Shown in pieces: positions 40,072-56,049 of a stretch of DNA of 64,000 nt. Every line of letters starts with the position of its first letter. Within the stretch, counting starts at the first letter, position 1. This stretch comes from Octopus sinensis (Eukaryota): assembly GCF_006345805.1 (NCBI RefSeq), contig NC_043001.1, forward strand, positions 56,544,001-56,608,000. Reading direction: 5' to 3'. The position numbers were made by a program, and so were the translations under genes. The notes beneath the pieces were generated by a model that was not told the DNA's origin, did not search any database, and was given only the letters and a program-made list of their open reading frames with translations.

Positions 40072-40745
40072 TATAATAATAATAACTATAATAATAAATA
40101 ATAATAATAATATAATAATAATATATAATTAACAATATATAATAATAATAATAATCATAATAATAATATAATAACAATAATAATAATAATAATCATAATA
40201 ATAATAATAATAATAACAATAATAATAATCAATATAATAATAATAATAATAATCATAATGAATGAATATATGATATAATAAAAATTAAAATTAAGAAGAA
40301 AGAAGAAGAAGAAAAAAGAAGAAGGAGAAAGAGAAGATGAAGAGATGGTGATGGTGATGATGAGGGTGCTGGCGGTGGAATGGAGGAAGAAAAGGAGGAG
40401 GAGAAAAAGAAAGAAGAAGAAGAAGAAGAGAAGAGAGAAGAGAAGAGAAGAAGAAGAAGAAGAAGAAGAAGAAGAAAGAAGGAGGAGGAGGAGAGAAGAA
40501 TGAAGAAGAAGGAGAGGAGGAGGAGGAGGAGAAGAAAGAAGCAAAGAGAGAAGAAGAGACAGAAGAAGAAGAAGAACAAGAAGAAGAAGACAAAGAAGAA
40601 GAAGAAGAAGAGAAGAAGAAGAAGCAGAAGAAGAAGAAGAGAGAAGAAGAGAAGAAGAAGAAGAAAGAAGAAGAAGAAGAAGAAGAAGAAGAAAGAAGAA
40701 AGAGAGAAGAAGAAAAGAAGAAAAGAAGAAGAAGAAGAAGAAGAT
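40000..40745. repeat. (TAA)n followed by a long (GAA/GGA)n polypurine tract
   Basis: Direct inspection. Confidence 0.95.
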
Positions 40746-41981
40746 AGAGACATTTTGCAGCTGGGGAAATCTTCCTCGAATAAGGTTGTGACAACATCCG
40801 ACTTGTGGCACAACATCAAGAAGTGTTTCATTGTGTAATGACATCCATACATTAAGACGCTCTAACAAGCTAGTCATAATGTTATGTTATTCAATTACAT
40901 TTTATGGCTAATATCCATTGTCTGTCAGAGAATATCTTGTAGCGTCGCTCGGACATGTTTAATGAACAACCAAGTTACAAAGCATTAAGAAGATAGCTGT
41001 CCTCTTTTCTGCCCATCCCGTAACTGTTGTTGTTAGCGTTATTGTTGTCGTTGCTGTTTCGATGCAACTATTGATAGTAACATTGTTGTTGTCGTCGTCT
41101 TTATTGCCATTGTCATTGTGGTTGTGGTTATTGTCGTATTGTTGTTGTTGTTATTATGGTTGTCAATGATGTGTTAGTTGTCTGATATCACTACCGTGAA
41201 TAAAACTGCTGCTGAGGTTGCTGCTGTTGTTGTTATTGATGTTGTTGTTGCTGTTAATGATGTCGTTGTTGTTGTTACTATGGTTGTCGATGATGCGTTA
41301 GTTGTTGTCTGATATCACTACTGCGAGGAAAGCTACTACCGAGGTTTCTGCTGTTGTTGTTGTTGTTGCTGTTATTGTTGTTTTTGTTCTGCTTTTACTT
41401 CTTATCAAGATTTAGATTCATTGCCGGTTTAGCTGCTTTCCCATCATCATACAGCTGGAATGGTTTCGAAGAGAATTAGACTCTATGCTTTTGCAAATGT
41501 TGATTGCCGAGCAAGCCATGTGCATCAGTCCATCTGTAAGATGTAAATGGCCAGCATTCATGCTTGGCTGTTATATAAACTTGGAGACACATATCGGCTG
41601 GTGTATCTTCGCTTTTAAATTAATGTTCCGAACTGACTGTTGTTATTGTTATTGTTATTGGTTGTGGTGGTGGGGTGGGGTAGATGCGAGAGAATGGGTA
41701 GAGAGGATACTTGTGTGTGTGTATGTGTGTGCGGGCGCGCGTGTGGTGGGAATTAATTATTAGACTTCTGAAGATATAGAAAATAGCACCCATCAATCTT
41801 AAGAATGGACCTTCATCAGAATAATGTTGCCGGATTTCCACAAAGGAAAACTGTTGAGATCAAATGTAACATAATGCATCTACACCCCCCACCCATCTTC
41901 ATCCACTACTATGTCCTCATCATCACCATGGTCATCGTAATTATTATTATTATTATATTATTATTATTATTATTATTATTA

Positions 41982-42034
<53 letters not shown>

Positions 42035-43343
42035 TGGTGATGATGATCATCATCACCGTCCTCGTCGTCGTCATCATCGTCATCTTCATCCTCCTCATCA
42101 TCATCTTCAGCATCATCATCATCATCCTCAGTTGGCGTGACCGTCATCATCTTCTTCATCATTATCATCGACATCATCACCATCATCATCGTTGTCATCG
42201 CCATCCTGGTTATCATCGTCATTATTTATATCGTTAACACTGTTATTAAGCTTATCATCAATTGCCATTTTCGTCGACACGGACATCATAACCAGCTTCC
42301 CTTCCACTTGTTCTTTCTCTTCTTCCTTTACTTCATCTTTTTTCTCCTTCATCATCATCATAATTACCACCATCATTATCATCACCACCTTCCTCCTCCT
42401 CCCCCTTCTCCCTATTGGCTACACCTTCAATTCTTACTACAATGCTTGCCTACTCAACATTAATCAGCATCCTATAATTAAAGATGCAACGGTCAGTTCT
42501 ATGAAATCAGCTTCTATAAAACCTGATCACCGATTCTGTTAATAAGAAATAACTCGGGGTCCATTCCGTCCCCAGACATACAGTCTCACATTAAGAGTGT
42601 AATGGTTACGGTTATCTATTTCATTATAGGTAAGATTGAATCCGGAATTGCCAAGATATCGCATAAAGACTGGAATGGAATTTAATTCGAAAGCAACAAC
42701 TACAACCGCAACAACAACAGCAACAGCAGTGAAAGCAACCTCAATTTACAGAGGGCGCATCCGGTAACTTTTGAGTCAATTACTTTAGACAGATATTTTG
42801 TCTGTCATATTTTCTTATCATATGAATCGCTCCGATCAAAGGGATGTAGAAAGTGTAACCTCCTCAAATATAAACCATAATTCTTAGAATAACATTCTGC
42901 ACATTAAGGAAGATAATGAAAGCTAATAAACGCAGCTGCCTATATTTGAGTATTACGCTTTTAAACTAAAAACTAATTCGATCTCAAAGAATTAGCATCC
43001 AAGTCTTCTTCAAACCACGCAATGTTATCTTATGGAAGGACACATTAAACCCATATAGTATTGAATATAAAAATGCAGGATGGTCGTAACTGGAACGTTT
43101 GACCAGATATGATGTGAGTCTTAGAAGCAACAATAACAATTCTTGAATGCTGGAAAACAAGTGTAATTTATAGTTTGACAAATGTATGTAGTAAGCAATC
43201 GATACCTCAAACTTCAGATACAGATTATAGAATTTAGTGTACATTTCCAAAGTGTGGTATAGCGACCTCTGCGTATTCGCTAGACCAGCTGGAAATAGTA
43301 ATCAACTCTCTCTCATAACAAAAACCTATTGCCTTAAAAATGA

Positions 43344-43378
43344 AACCCTGGGATACGCCTTCGATGTATCCCAGGGTT
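43344..43378. repeat. Perfect 13-bp inverted repeat, 9-nt loop
   Basis: AACCCTGGGATAC-gccttcgat-GTATCCCAGGGTT. Confidence 0.9.
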
Positions 43379-44343
43379 AAATTTTAATATAAAAGCACGG
43401 TGGTCATGACTCAATGCACTTATAGATAAACTCGATCAGGAGTGCCATGGAGTAAAGTAGAGACAACAATTCTGAAGACTGGAAGCAACGAAATGACTTT
43501 CTATATGGTCGCTCAACCGCGTAGAAATAGAAGATGCATCTTTCTCAAATTACACCTGACTGTCTTTGATAAGTAAAGGGCATATTAATTAAAGTTGTCG
43601 TACCTATCCTTAAAAAGACGAAATGGCTGCGGCTGGAATGCCTTTAATCATATCTATTATATTAGGGTTGACCTGTGGCTAAAAGAAAATGTTATTTCCT
43701 CAGATAGTTGAATGACTTCAATGGAAAATGTTAATGATTCCCTTGTGACTTCAAATATATATAATTGTCAACATTTCATCTCGAAATGTTGACAATTTAA
43801 GGCGAGCTTATTCTTCAGTTCCTATCATTTATTGATCATCGATAACTTCATCAATAAATTCGAACAAGACCAATAATGAAGTGGCGTTCCTATAAGTAGG
43901 ATGATGCTACTGCTTTATACAAATATCCGTGACTGCACTTAAACAAAAATTATTTGATTGATTTGTAGAGACGCGTTCGCCAATACGTTGTGTCAACTTG
44001 CTTCCATTCGTGCTTCTCCCCGTCGCTCTTACTAATTTAGCAGCTTTTGTACCTCGTAACTAATGGTGTATCTTAATTTAGATACACCGTATTTATCCCC
44101 TATCTTTCGCTTATCTTATTGTTAATGGTATTACTATACATACATACATACATACATACATACATACATACATACATACATACATACATACATACATACA
44201 TACACACACACATACATACATACATACGTGTATGTATATATATATATATACATACACGTATGTATGTATGTATGTGTGCGCTTGTGTACCGTTGGCGATT
44301 TTTTTCCTCTGTCTTCCCTTCTCTGGATCTTTCCTTTTCCTAT

Positions 44344-44378
44344 GTTTCTGACGAAGAGCTCCGCTCGAAACGTTAAAC
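44344..44378 (+). ncRNA. Minimal type I hammerhead ribozyme motif in a ~190-bp pLTR-like repeat (44287-44477)
   Basis: Stem I GUUU/AAAC, core CUGACGA (plus one extra A), stem II GAGC(UCC)GCUC, GAAA, palindromic stem III ACGU, predicted cleavage triplet GUU. The unit sits between (TACA)n/(TA)n tracts. Confidence 0.65.
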
Positions 44379-44473
44379 CCTCCTTCTTCCCTTCCTTTCT
44401 GAGCGTCGAATAATACTATATTTGTTCCACGTCCTCGCGTTGTTGGGTTTTCTCTTGTGTTTTCATGTTTGGA

Positions 44474-44538
<65 letters not shown>

Positions 44539-45117
44539 TACTATACTACCAATACATTCTCAAATTTTTATTCACACCACAAGTCCCCTTTGAATGAACA
44601 GCACATGGAATATACGTCTCCACACTTTCCATTTGTGCTGACAAAATATGAACTCCTATTGGAATTTGCATAGCACAGCCAGGAAGCATTTCTACCACTT
44701 CTACAAACCACTTTTCTTGGATAATGGTCCTGCAACTATAACATCTTCATACATTTTTATTTGTACATCCATTCTCCTATTTACCTATATACTCTTTATT
44801 TGTTTCCTTGCCAAAATAACTCCACGTATTGAACTCTAATACTTCTCGCTATGATAAAGGGATATCCCTAATATCCCAGAAACAGCTGTAAGACTAACTT
44901 TTCTATTTATAAATGTCCTGAAAATTCCACACAGCCTTGGCTTTGTCTCATTAAGAGAGGGAAAGAGATATAATATGTGGGAGTGACAGTGTGTATGTGA
45001 TTGTGTGTGCGTGTGAGTGTATGTGTGCAGCAGCATTATTCCCGGTAGTGATATCAGACTACAAACACATCATTGACAACCGTAATAACAACTACAACTA
45101 TAACAATGAGGACAATA

Positions 45118-45148
<31 letters not shown>

Positions 45149-45270
45149 TGTATGTATGTATGTATGTATGTATGTATGTATGTATGGATGGATGGATGGA
45201 TGGATGTATACATGTATACATGTATGTATATATTCATGTATGCATGTATGTTTGTATGTATGTATTTATG

Positions 45271-45335
<65 letters not shown>

Positions 45336-47949
45336 CTATATGGTCTAATGTGTCCTTCCATAACTATTAACGAAGATGTTACAGTTATAGCAATACACCT
45401 TTTCTGCACATAAAGTGTTATGTTATATAAGGTAGAATGTTGTGACTTGATAGGGATTCGTCCGCTATTTCTAGTAGCGAGGAATTCACAATTGCTTCAT
45501 TTGTTGAATGATATGACTGGCACATCTGAGTTCGTACAGACTGGATATTTTGTTTAAAAGTATTCGTGTTTTTAACTTAAGTGATTTTACTATTAAGGAA
45601 GGTTGGAAAAGTAATCTTAATCCATTCTGCTTGTATTCCAATTCCATACCATGATTTCGTTTTTCATGTCTCATGCCTCATAAAACAGTATCAGGCTTCT
45701 ACAAAGTTCGACTAGATATAACTGATTCCACGCTATGGAGTTTATATTCAGTCAATGTAAAGAAATACTGTTAAGTTTTCTACTTAACTGTTTAATCTTG
45801 TTTGATTCATATGGGTTGAGTTATACTGCGTGGCAAATGAGACAAACATCTAAAACTTCAGTACTAGTCCACAATCAGTACAAGCCTTGTGCATAAAAGA
45901 TAGATTCTACCTGTAAATAAAATGTTCAGTATTGTCATGTGTAGTATTACAGTGAGTCAACAGGAGGATTACGTTGAAACATTCCCGCTTTAGAAATACT
46001 GAACTGCTGTTTCGGTAAGTAGGTACATCACTAGATCAAGCCATTGAAATAACCATGGAGATCATAGCCAAGGCTCGTTTTCCATGTATACTGTAATCTT
46101 GAATATTCCCTTCATTGCCTGGTGTCTGGAGATCATAACGGTTTCGGGGCTTTTTCGATAGTATCACTTTCTCTATTTATGCTACCAGGGAATGTTAGGA
46201 TTGTCATGGGGACCATCGTAAAGTTCTTTTAATCGTTACCGTCACCCACGTTACCACCGTACAATACTATGGGAAACTGAAACCCACTATAATCGGGCAG
46301 AAACTGTTTTATCCTACTACTTGATGAGGACTTGCTCTTCACTCTGAAACACGCTCTTGCAAACACACACACACACACAACACACACACACACACACACA
46401 CACGCATACGCAATCACATACACGCTCCCACTCCCACATATCATCTCTCTTTCCCTCTCTTTCTCTCTCTTATATTTTTAATCACGCTAAGATATGTTTA
46501 TACAGTATAACTATGTGTAAATATTTTATTTTTGACGACTATACACTTCTCCTCTTCTCTGTGTACAATGTACCGTCATGTTTATTCAATTTAATTATGT
46601 TTACTATATATTGCTGTGCTTACATTGCCAATCCGACACTGTCTGCAGTCTGTATACTACGGTGTAAAATAATAACATCACTGAGTTATTATGTAATACG
46701 ATTTATAGAAACATTTATTCCAGAATAATTTGGAATGGATATACTTTAGCAAAACTGATGTTGTTGGTGGTGGTGATGGCGTAGTTGCTCAAACCTAGGT
46801 CAATGGCGTTCCAATTTTTGCACATCACGTCTTTAGTCAGACATTGTATCGGGGATAACATTATCGAATGTAGGATATCTAGGGTAACATTATAGAGTGT
46901 AATCTTAAAAGTGCTGTAAGATGTTTTTAAAGAAGATTCGGTTGCTATTTCTAGTAGCTCGACTGACCACACAGATGTTTCCTTGCAGTATGGTATAATC
47001 TAACTTCAAGGTGTTTAGGTTTCTACCTTTAGCAAGTGGGGCGACCGATTTGCCCTGTGTAAATCTGATTTTAATCATTATGAAATGAAAAATAAAGCGG
47101 TTATTGTTATGGTTGTTGCAAACCAAGGTTAACCTTAATGCATTCCATCTTGCATTAAACACTTCGAGATGTGTATTATCTAATGAGCAAGTTCATCACT
47201 TTAGTTGTCAGTACATATTAATATCAAGGAGTTTTAGCTCCTATTTCTAGCAGGCAAAAATGTCATGCTGAGATTGTCTTGTTGAATCTCAGCTGCCTTG
47301 TTGGCAGTCATGAGAGTGACATTTCTGATAATGATAATTTCAAATTTTAGCACGAGGCTAGCAATTTCAAGGGCGAGGGTAAGTCGATTTCATCAACCCC
47401 AGTACTCAACTGATATTTATTGTACCGGCTTCGAGGACGAAGGGTAAAGTCTACCTCGGCAAAATAACATTGCTGAAAATAATGCTAAGATTGATAGAAA
47501 CAAATATACTTTTAGGTGAAGTATATAGTGTATACAGCTACTCCAATCATTGCAACTTCAACTACTAAATACAGTTTTTCATAGATATTTATGTATTTAT
47601 GCGATAAGTAACATAGCAAGTCTGTATCACCATAGATTACATAATAAGTCTCTGACAACGTTATTAGAGTAGTTATTAGAGTGCGCTCTACACTCCGAGT
47701 TCAAATCTCGATAAGGCCAAATTTAGCTTTCATTCTTACAAGCTCTATGATGGAACCGTCTGAAGAAGACATGATGTGCAGCACGACAGTACAGTGATTT
47801 AAAGAAACATTAATAAATATTAGTTTAGAGAAATGATTCAACTAACTAAATTAAGTCGTATATAGTAATGTAACGTCAGAGAAGTTGAATAGATCGAAGC
47901 TAAAAAATTGTGTGAAGTGGTATAATGCCTAATTATGTCATATCTATAT

Positions 47950-48160
47950 ATTAGTTTCAAATTTTTGGCACAAGGCCAGCTCGGATAAGTGGGGTAGGTC
48001 GATTACATTGACCTCCAACTCTCAGATGGTGCTTATTTTATCGACTCCGAAAGGATAAAAGGCAAAGTCAACCTCAGCGGAATTTGAAGTCAGAACGAAA
48101 AGATGGACGGAACGTTGCTAAGTATTTTGCCTGGTCTGTTAGCAAATCTGCCTGCACACC
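47950..48160 (-). mobile_element. SINE copy (another fragment at 47330-47460)
   Basis: ggcacaaggcc...gtcgattacattgacc...ggcaaagtcaacctcagcggaatttgaagtcagaacg. Confidence 0.8.
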
Positions 48161-48540
48161 GTCCTGTTTTAGCTGTATAAGAATATCTAGGAGTTTTAGT
48201 TTTTTCGTCAGACACACATACGTACCTGTTTGTTTATATGCTTACATGTATGTTGTGTGTGTGTGTGTGTACAGCAAGAGAGGCAGTATTTATGCGAAGA
48301 AGGAATATTTATCCCACTTAAACGTGGATGTTCTGTTAGAACCACCTATTCTGCCGTAGATACCATGGAAGAAATTCTCATATTGGCTTTCGCTGCAAAA
48401 AGTACTCATGTCTATATCGCTAGCGGGGAGGTAAATCCGTGCCACCTCCAGTGCCGAGGTCACCAGCGCTGAGCTCACTATATAAATAAATAAATATTTG
48501 TGTGGTTGTGTGTGTGTACGTATGTGTATATATATATTAC

Positions 48541-48598
<58 letters not shown>

Positions 48599-48676
48599 TG
48601 TGTGTGTGTGTGTGTGTGTGTGTCTGTGTCTGTGTGTGTGTGTGTGTGTACGTATGTGTATATATATATATATTAT

Positions 48677-48709
<33 letters not shown>

Positions 48710-49920
48710 CTGGACGTTTTGTGTACTTGTCCCATTTTGTATTTTTATATATACATATAATATATAGCGGCGTGCGTACACTTTGTTCCCTTATATATAT
48801 ACAGTGAAAGAGAAGATATATATATATAGAAATTTTCAAAAACAGTAATCGTTTGTCATCATACAGACGAAAGCGGGTAAGGCTTACAGAGAGTGGGATG
48901 AAAAAGACTCAAATGCCAACATATACAAGGAAGATATGTTTGACTCGGGTATAAACTTAGCAACCTCCAGTATTGCCATGTTACCCATTCAGCTGCATAC
49001 GAGCATCTGTTATATGGATATCAGAAATACACAGATTAAAATTAAGATAGGAAAATACGAAAAATGCTTAATACCTAAATTGTACCTGTTTCCATAGAGT
49101 CTATTTGCACAGTTTGAAAGGAAAGACTGATTATCAATATTCCAATAATATTGAATATGAGCAATGACCCCATTTTGAAAGCACCAAAGTTAACTTCCCA
49201 TTTTTGAGTAAGGTCTCACATGGATCCTTCAACGTGATCGCCCGATATGCTAGAAATAGCAGTAACATTCTCTCAAACCAAAGCCTTTTCTTCATAAAAA
49301 GAGGACAGGCCATAATAAAAGGCAGAATGCTCAAAGATGGAATGCGCATGATCATAGTTTGTTATATCCAAGCTGAGTGAGAGCAAAATAACAACCGACG
49401 TTTTTGTGACTTTATGTCAATCCAAACCATGAGTCCCTTTTGTATTGTACATTAAGATAGTTTCCTTCTTATTTGGAAGGGTTAAGAAACGATACATAGA
49501 ATATGCCAGATTGCGTGGAAAAGTATGAAGTATGAAGGTTGGCTATAGGCATGGAATAATATTAACAAGAAGAAAAGGCAGTAAAACGCAGGAAGAAGAA
49601 TAGGTTGAAATGAAAAAAATGCCAGGAGAAAGTCAATGTGACCGAAATACTTATTAAGCAAGCCTCAAAGAAGCACCAAATCATAACGATTGTCGATCCG
49701 CCACTCAGACGAACGAAAGAGCCACTGAATATCCCTCAAATCAGACTGCACCATTTTTTCTCACTCTTTTCTTTTTTTTTATTTTTAATGGAAAACGAAG
49801 TTTACAATGAAGTCCTAGATATACAAAAAGACCATTAGATCGTGGATTGAACGACTTTGATCTCAGGTCTGCTCGATGAAGGTTGAATTAGAGCTGAACA
49901 ACATCACTACCACCACCACC

Positions 49921-49952
<32 letters not shown>

Positions 49953-50466
49953 CAACAAAATCAGTCAGTCAGACATGAAGAAACCCATTCAATAACATTA
50001 TATCAGCCAGACTCCATGCAAAACAAAATGGGCGAAGTTATTGCAGTATTAAACATTATCGCCATCGCTGCCGCCTCCGTCGCCGTTGTTGTTCCAAATC
50101 GACGTGTGGCAGGCGGGCAGTGTCACGAGGTGCTCTGACTCAACCTAGTCGGGGTTTCTCCCAAGTGTGTGTGGGTGGGGTTAAATTGTTTGTTTTTCTT
50201 GTTTCCATAAATTATATCATTTTCAAAATTCTATCCGTGTTTTCTTGTTTTTCTTTTTTATAATCATCTATTTATTTTCTGTAATTATTTAGTGTAACTT
50301 TAACATTTTTTTTAGCATGTCTTAATATATGGCATAATGTCCTTGGCCCTCCTCTCCCCTCGTTTTTACATAATTTTGTTTCGTTTATCTCTTCGTATTT
50401 CGTAACATCTTTGCATGCAGTTTTATTGTATAAATGAATGGGGCATGATGACAATAATAAAGGATA

Positions 50467-50512
<46 letters not shown>

Positions 50513-50749
50513 TACTACTACTACTACTACAACTGCTGCTGCTGCTACTGCAACTGCTGCAGCTGCTGCTGCTGTTGCTGCTGCTGCTGATGATGATGAT
50601 ACCGTTGCCGCCGCCGTTGCTGCTACCGCCACCTTCGCCACCACCGCTACCCTACGGCCACCGCCACCATTATTACTATCATTATTGTCTGTTATTGATC
50701 ACGGCTTTAGAAATATATTAAACGTTTCCTTTCTTGAAAACGAAATAGA

Positions 50750-51270
50750 GTAGAAATGTTAGAATGCCGGAACAAATACGCCTTAGAATATTTATTCCCA
50801 TTCCTTACGTTTTGAATTCAAATTCCGCCGAGGTCTGCTCAGCCTTTCAATAAAATAAGTACCCATTGAGCTCTGCGATCGATGTAATCCCCGAAATTGC
50901 TGGACTTGTGTACAAATTTGAAACCAATATTGTTATTTTAAAAAAAAGGCGGGGAGCTGGTATGTACCAGTTACGCATTGGAGTCGATTTAATCGACTTA
51001 GCCTCTTCCCCGAAATTGTTACCATTATGCCAAAATTTGAAACCAATATTATTATTAGAAAAAAGGCGGGGAACTGGTAGAACGGTGAGCCCGCCGAACA
51101 AAATGCTGAGTGGCATTCTAATCTCTCTTTATGTTCTGAGTTCAAATGCCATAGATGCCTTTCATTCATTTAGGATCGATGAGATAAGTATCAGTTCAGC
51201 AATGAGGTCAATGTAATTGAGTATCCAGTGCCTCTAAATTTCAAGCCTTGTGCCTCTATAATAGAAGGGA
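50750..51270 (+). mobile_element. Tandem SINE array with a duplicated 3' module
   Basis: ccccgaaattg...aaatttgaaaccaatatt.ttatt..aaaaaaggcgggga.ctggta occurs twice (50890-50962, 51008-51082) between two SINE bodies. Confidence 0.8.
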
Positions 51271-51297
51271 TTATTAGCATCATTATCACCATCATCA

Positions 51298-51332
<35 letters not shown>

Positions 51333-51577
51333 GAGTGAGAAGCCCAATATACCCATCATGACTACCCATCTGATAAGGGTACACCAGGCACATGCATCAC
51401 AACCATATGTGCGCGACATGGTGATCTCATATCAAGATAAACAGCACATGACCTTGCAGGTGGGGCCCAGTTAGAATTTTCTTCAGGTTGAGTAGCCCAT
51501 CCCGCTCAAAAGGTCCCTGAATTAGGGTTGTTTAAGGATGTTGAAAGAACCACCCATGATTCCAGAGGTGAATTATT
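51333..51577 (-). mobile_element. (AAT)n-associated non-autonomous repeat, partial copy
   Basis: Reverse complement of about 58030-58328; ends ctcactc-aataataat. Confidence 0.85.
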
Positions 51578-51624
51578 GTTGTTGTTGTTGTTGTTGTTGT
51601 TGTTTGTTGTTGTTGTTGTTGTTG

Positions 51625-51850
51625 TTAAGGCGGCGTGCTGGCAAAATCGTTAGCACGCCGGACAAAACATTTAGCTGCATTTCGTGGGTGTTTACGGTCT
51701 GATTTAAATTCAACCGAGGTCGGCTTTGCCTTTCCTCCTTTCAAGGTCGATAAATTAAGTACTAGTGAAACACTGGCGTCGATGTAATCGACTAGATCCC
51801 TCCCCATCAAAATTTCAGGCCTTGTTCCTGTGCTTTTAATAGAAAGGTTT
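51625..51850 (+). mobile_element. Full SINE copy
   Basis: aaggcggcgtgctggcaaaatcgttagcacgccgg...aaattaagtactag...aaatttcaggccttgttcc. Confidence 0.9.
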
Positions 51851-51939
51851 ATCATTATTAAAAGCATCAGCAATATTATGATTTGTAATAGTAGCAACAG
51901 TGCTGTAGTGGTGGTTGTTCTTAATGTTTTTAAACTGGT

Positions 51940-52330
51940 TTAAGGCGATGAACTGGCAGACTTATTAGTACGTCGGAAAAAATGTTTAGCGATATTTCTT
52001 ATTTTTTATTACCCACAAGGGGCTAAACATAGAAGGGACAAACAAGGACAGAAAAAGGGATTAAGTCGATTATATCGACCCCAGTGCGTAACTGGTACTT
52101 AATTTATCGTCCCCGAAAGGATGAAAGGCAAGGTCGACCTGGGCGGAAGTTGAACTCTGAACGAAGCTACGGACGAAAAAAGCCTTAGTGATATTTCTTT
52201 CAGATATTTACGCTCCGTGTTCAAATCTTGCCTTTCATGACTCAAAATCATTAAGTACTAGTCATGTACTAGATCGATATGATCGTCTAACGCACCCTCT
52301 CAAATTACTGGCTTTTGCTAAAATACGAAA
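51940..52330. mobile_element. Plus-strand SINE interrupted by an antisense SINE (52001-52184) with a 15-bp target duplication
   Basis: ttagcgatatttctt (51986-52000) and ttagtgatatttctt (52185-52199) flank the inserted copy. Confidence 0.8.
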
Positions 52331-52937
52331 AATTATATTAAGTGGTTATTTTTTAAATCGCTGAGTTAAACTGGTTATTTCATAAATATTTTTTCTATTG
52401 ATCTTATTATGATTGCTATAAACCATAGCGTACCACAAAGGGTTTCTAAATGCGTCACGGATTTAAAAAATATTAATTTAAGGCTTCAGAAATTCCAAAC
52501 CATTGGCTGACCCCGCTTGAAAAACATGTTATTCATAATTTTGTTTTATAAGTAATGTATGATAAACAAAAACAAAGTAACATATTTCTATTTTTTGAAA
52601 ATCATCATTAACTTTAAAATATAGAGATTCTATATTTTACCATATGAAATGTGCTAGTAATTATTTTATGTGATTTCCAGTGTGAGAAGTATTGAGAACT
52701 ATTACTGTAAAGTAAAGATTCAAAGTTTGAAAAATCAACAGCAATATCAACAACAACAACGACAACACAACATCAGCAACAACAACAGCAATATCAATAA
52801 CAACAACAACAACATTAGTAGAAAAAACGCTGAAATAAAAATATAAAGTTGCGTTGCGTCATATCTTACACCTTACGAATTTACATCCTTCACCGTAAAG
52901 CTGTCAGAAGCAATAAGATAATAATAATAATAATAAC

Positions 52938-52996
<59 letters not shown>

Positions 52997-53289
52997 TAAT
53001 AATACGCTGGTACTGATGCTGGCCCCAGACGGCAGATGATGTAATGAACAAGAGAAGCAATAAACAAGATGTAATGCAATAGCGATGGTAATGATGATGA
53101 TGATGACGACGACTACAACGGCGATGACTCCCAAGACTTTTGTCCTGGCAAATGTAGATAAGGAACGTGTGCAGATTCACTATTGATTCCTACGCATAAC
53201 CTCACCACCATTACCTCTACACCTCCCCAAACTCATGCTCCACGCTCACTCACTACACCGCACACAACATGCACTTGTCATATCTCACA

Positions 53290-55220
<1,931 letters not shown>

Positions 55221-55537
55221 TACTACCAACCAACCAGCCAGCGATATAACTCTTCTTTATCTCTCTAATTGTCTCCATATATTAGCTTCTGATATTCTTA
55301 GGCTACCTGATTCTGCTGCTCGTCTCCCTCTTTATCTTTCTTTCATTCTTCCTTTCCTTCATTCTTTCTTTCTTTCTTTCTTCTCTCTCTCTCTCTCTTT
55401 CTCTCTTATTTACCCTCTCTTTCTTCTCTAACTCGCTTTTCTCTCCTTTTCAGATATTCCTTTTCTACTTCCAATGCAGATTCGATTCGCACACACACAC
55501 ACGCGCGCGCAGACACACACACACATACACACACACA

Positions 55538-55582
<45 letters not shown>

Positions 55583-56049
55583 AAATACACACAGAGCCTT
55601 GGCCGCGTTTCTCCTCTGATTATTCGTATCAATACCAATACCACTAACATGACCAGAGCTCTTTTAGCCGTCGCTATCACCATCCTAATATAAATTATTA
55701 ACTCACTATCACTATCATACACATGTATATAAGTTCCCTCACCTAATTCACTGGTAAAACAAACCACTAACTCTATCATCATCAGCTATATAGTTTCTAC
55801 CGCTATATCGAATCACCGAGTTTTCTATGTTACGAAAAAAAGAGAGAAGAATTCAATTTGAAAATGCTTGATAACTTTATTAACTAGATGTGAAATCTCC
55901 TTTCAGAACGTACCATGTGTTTTTATCTTTCGAAATTATGATTTTCTATCTCCCTATCAACCTATCAAACTGCAAGTCTGTCTATCCACCCGTCTGTCTG
56001 AATGCATGCATGAGGTCATCTAAATGTAAATCTATTTGAGTCTAGCTTA

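Noticed and set aside
45830-46020. Strong splice-like signals (minus-strand attttatttacAG; plus-strand GTAAGT)
   Set aside because: Stops in all frames for the obvious exon boundaries.
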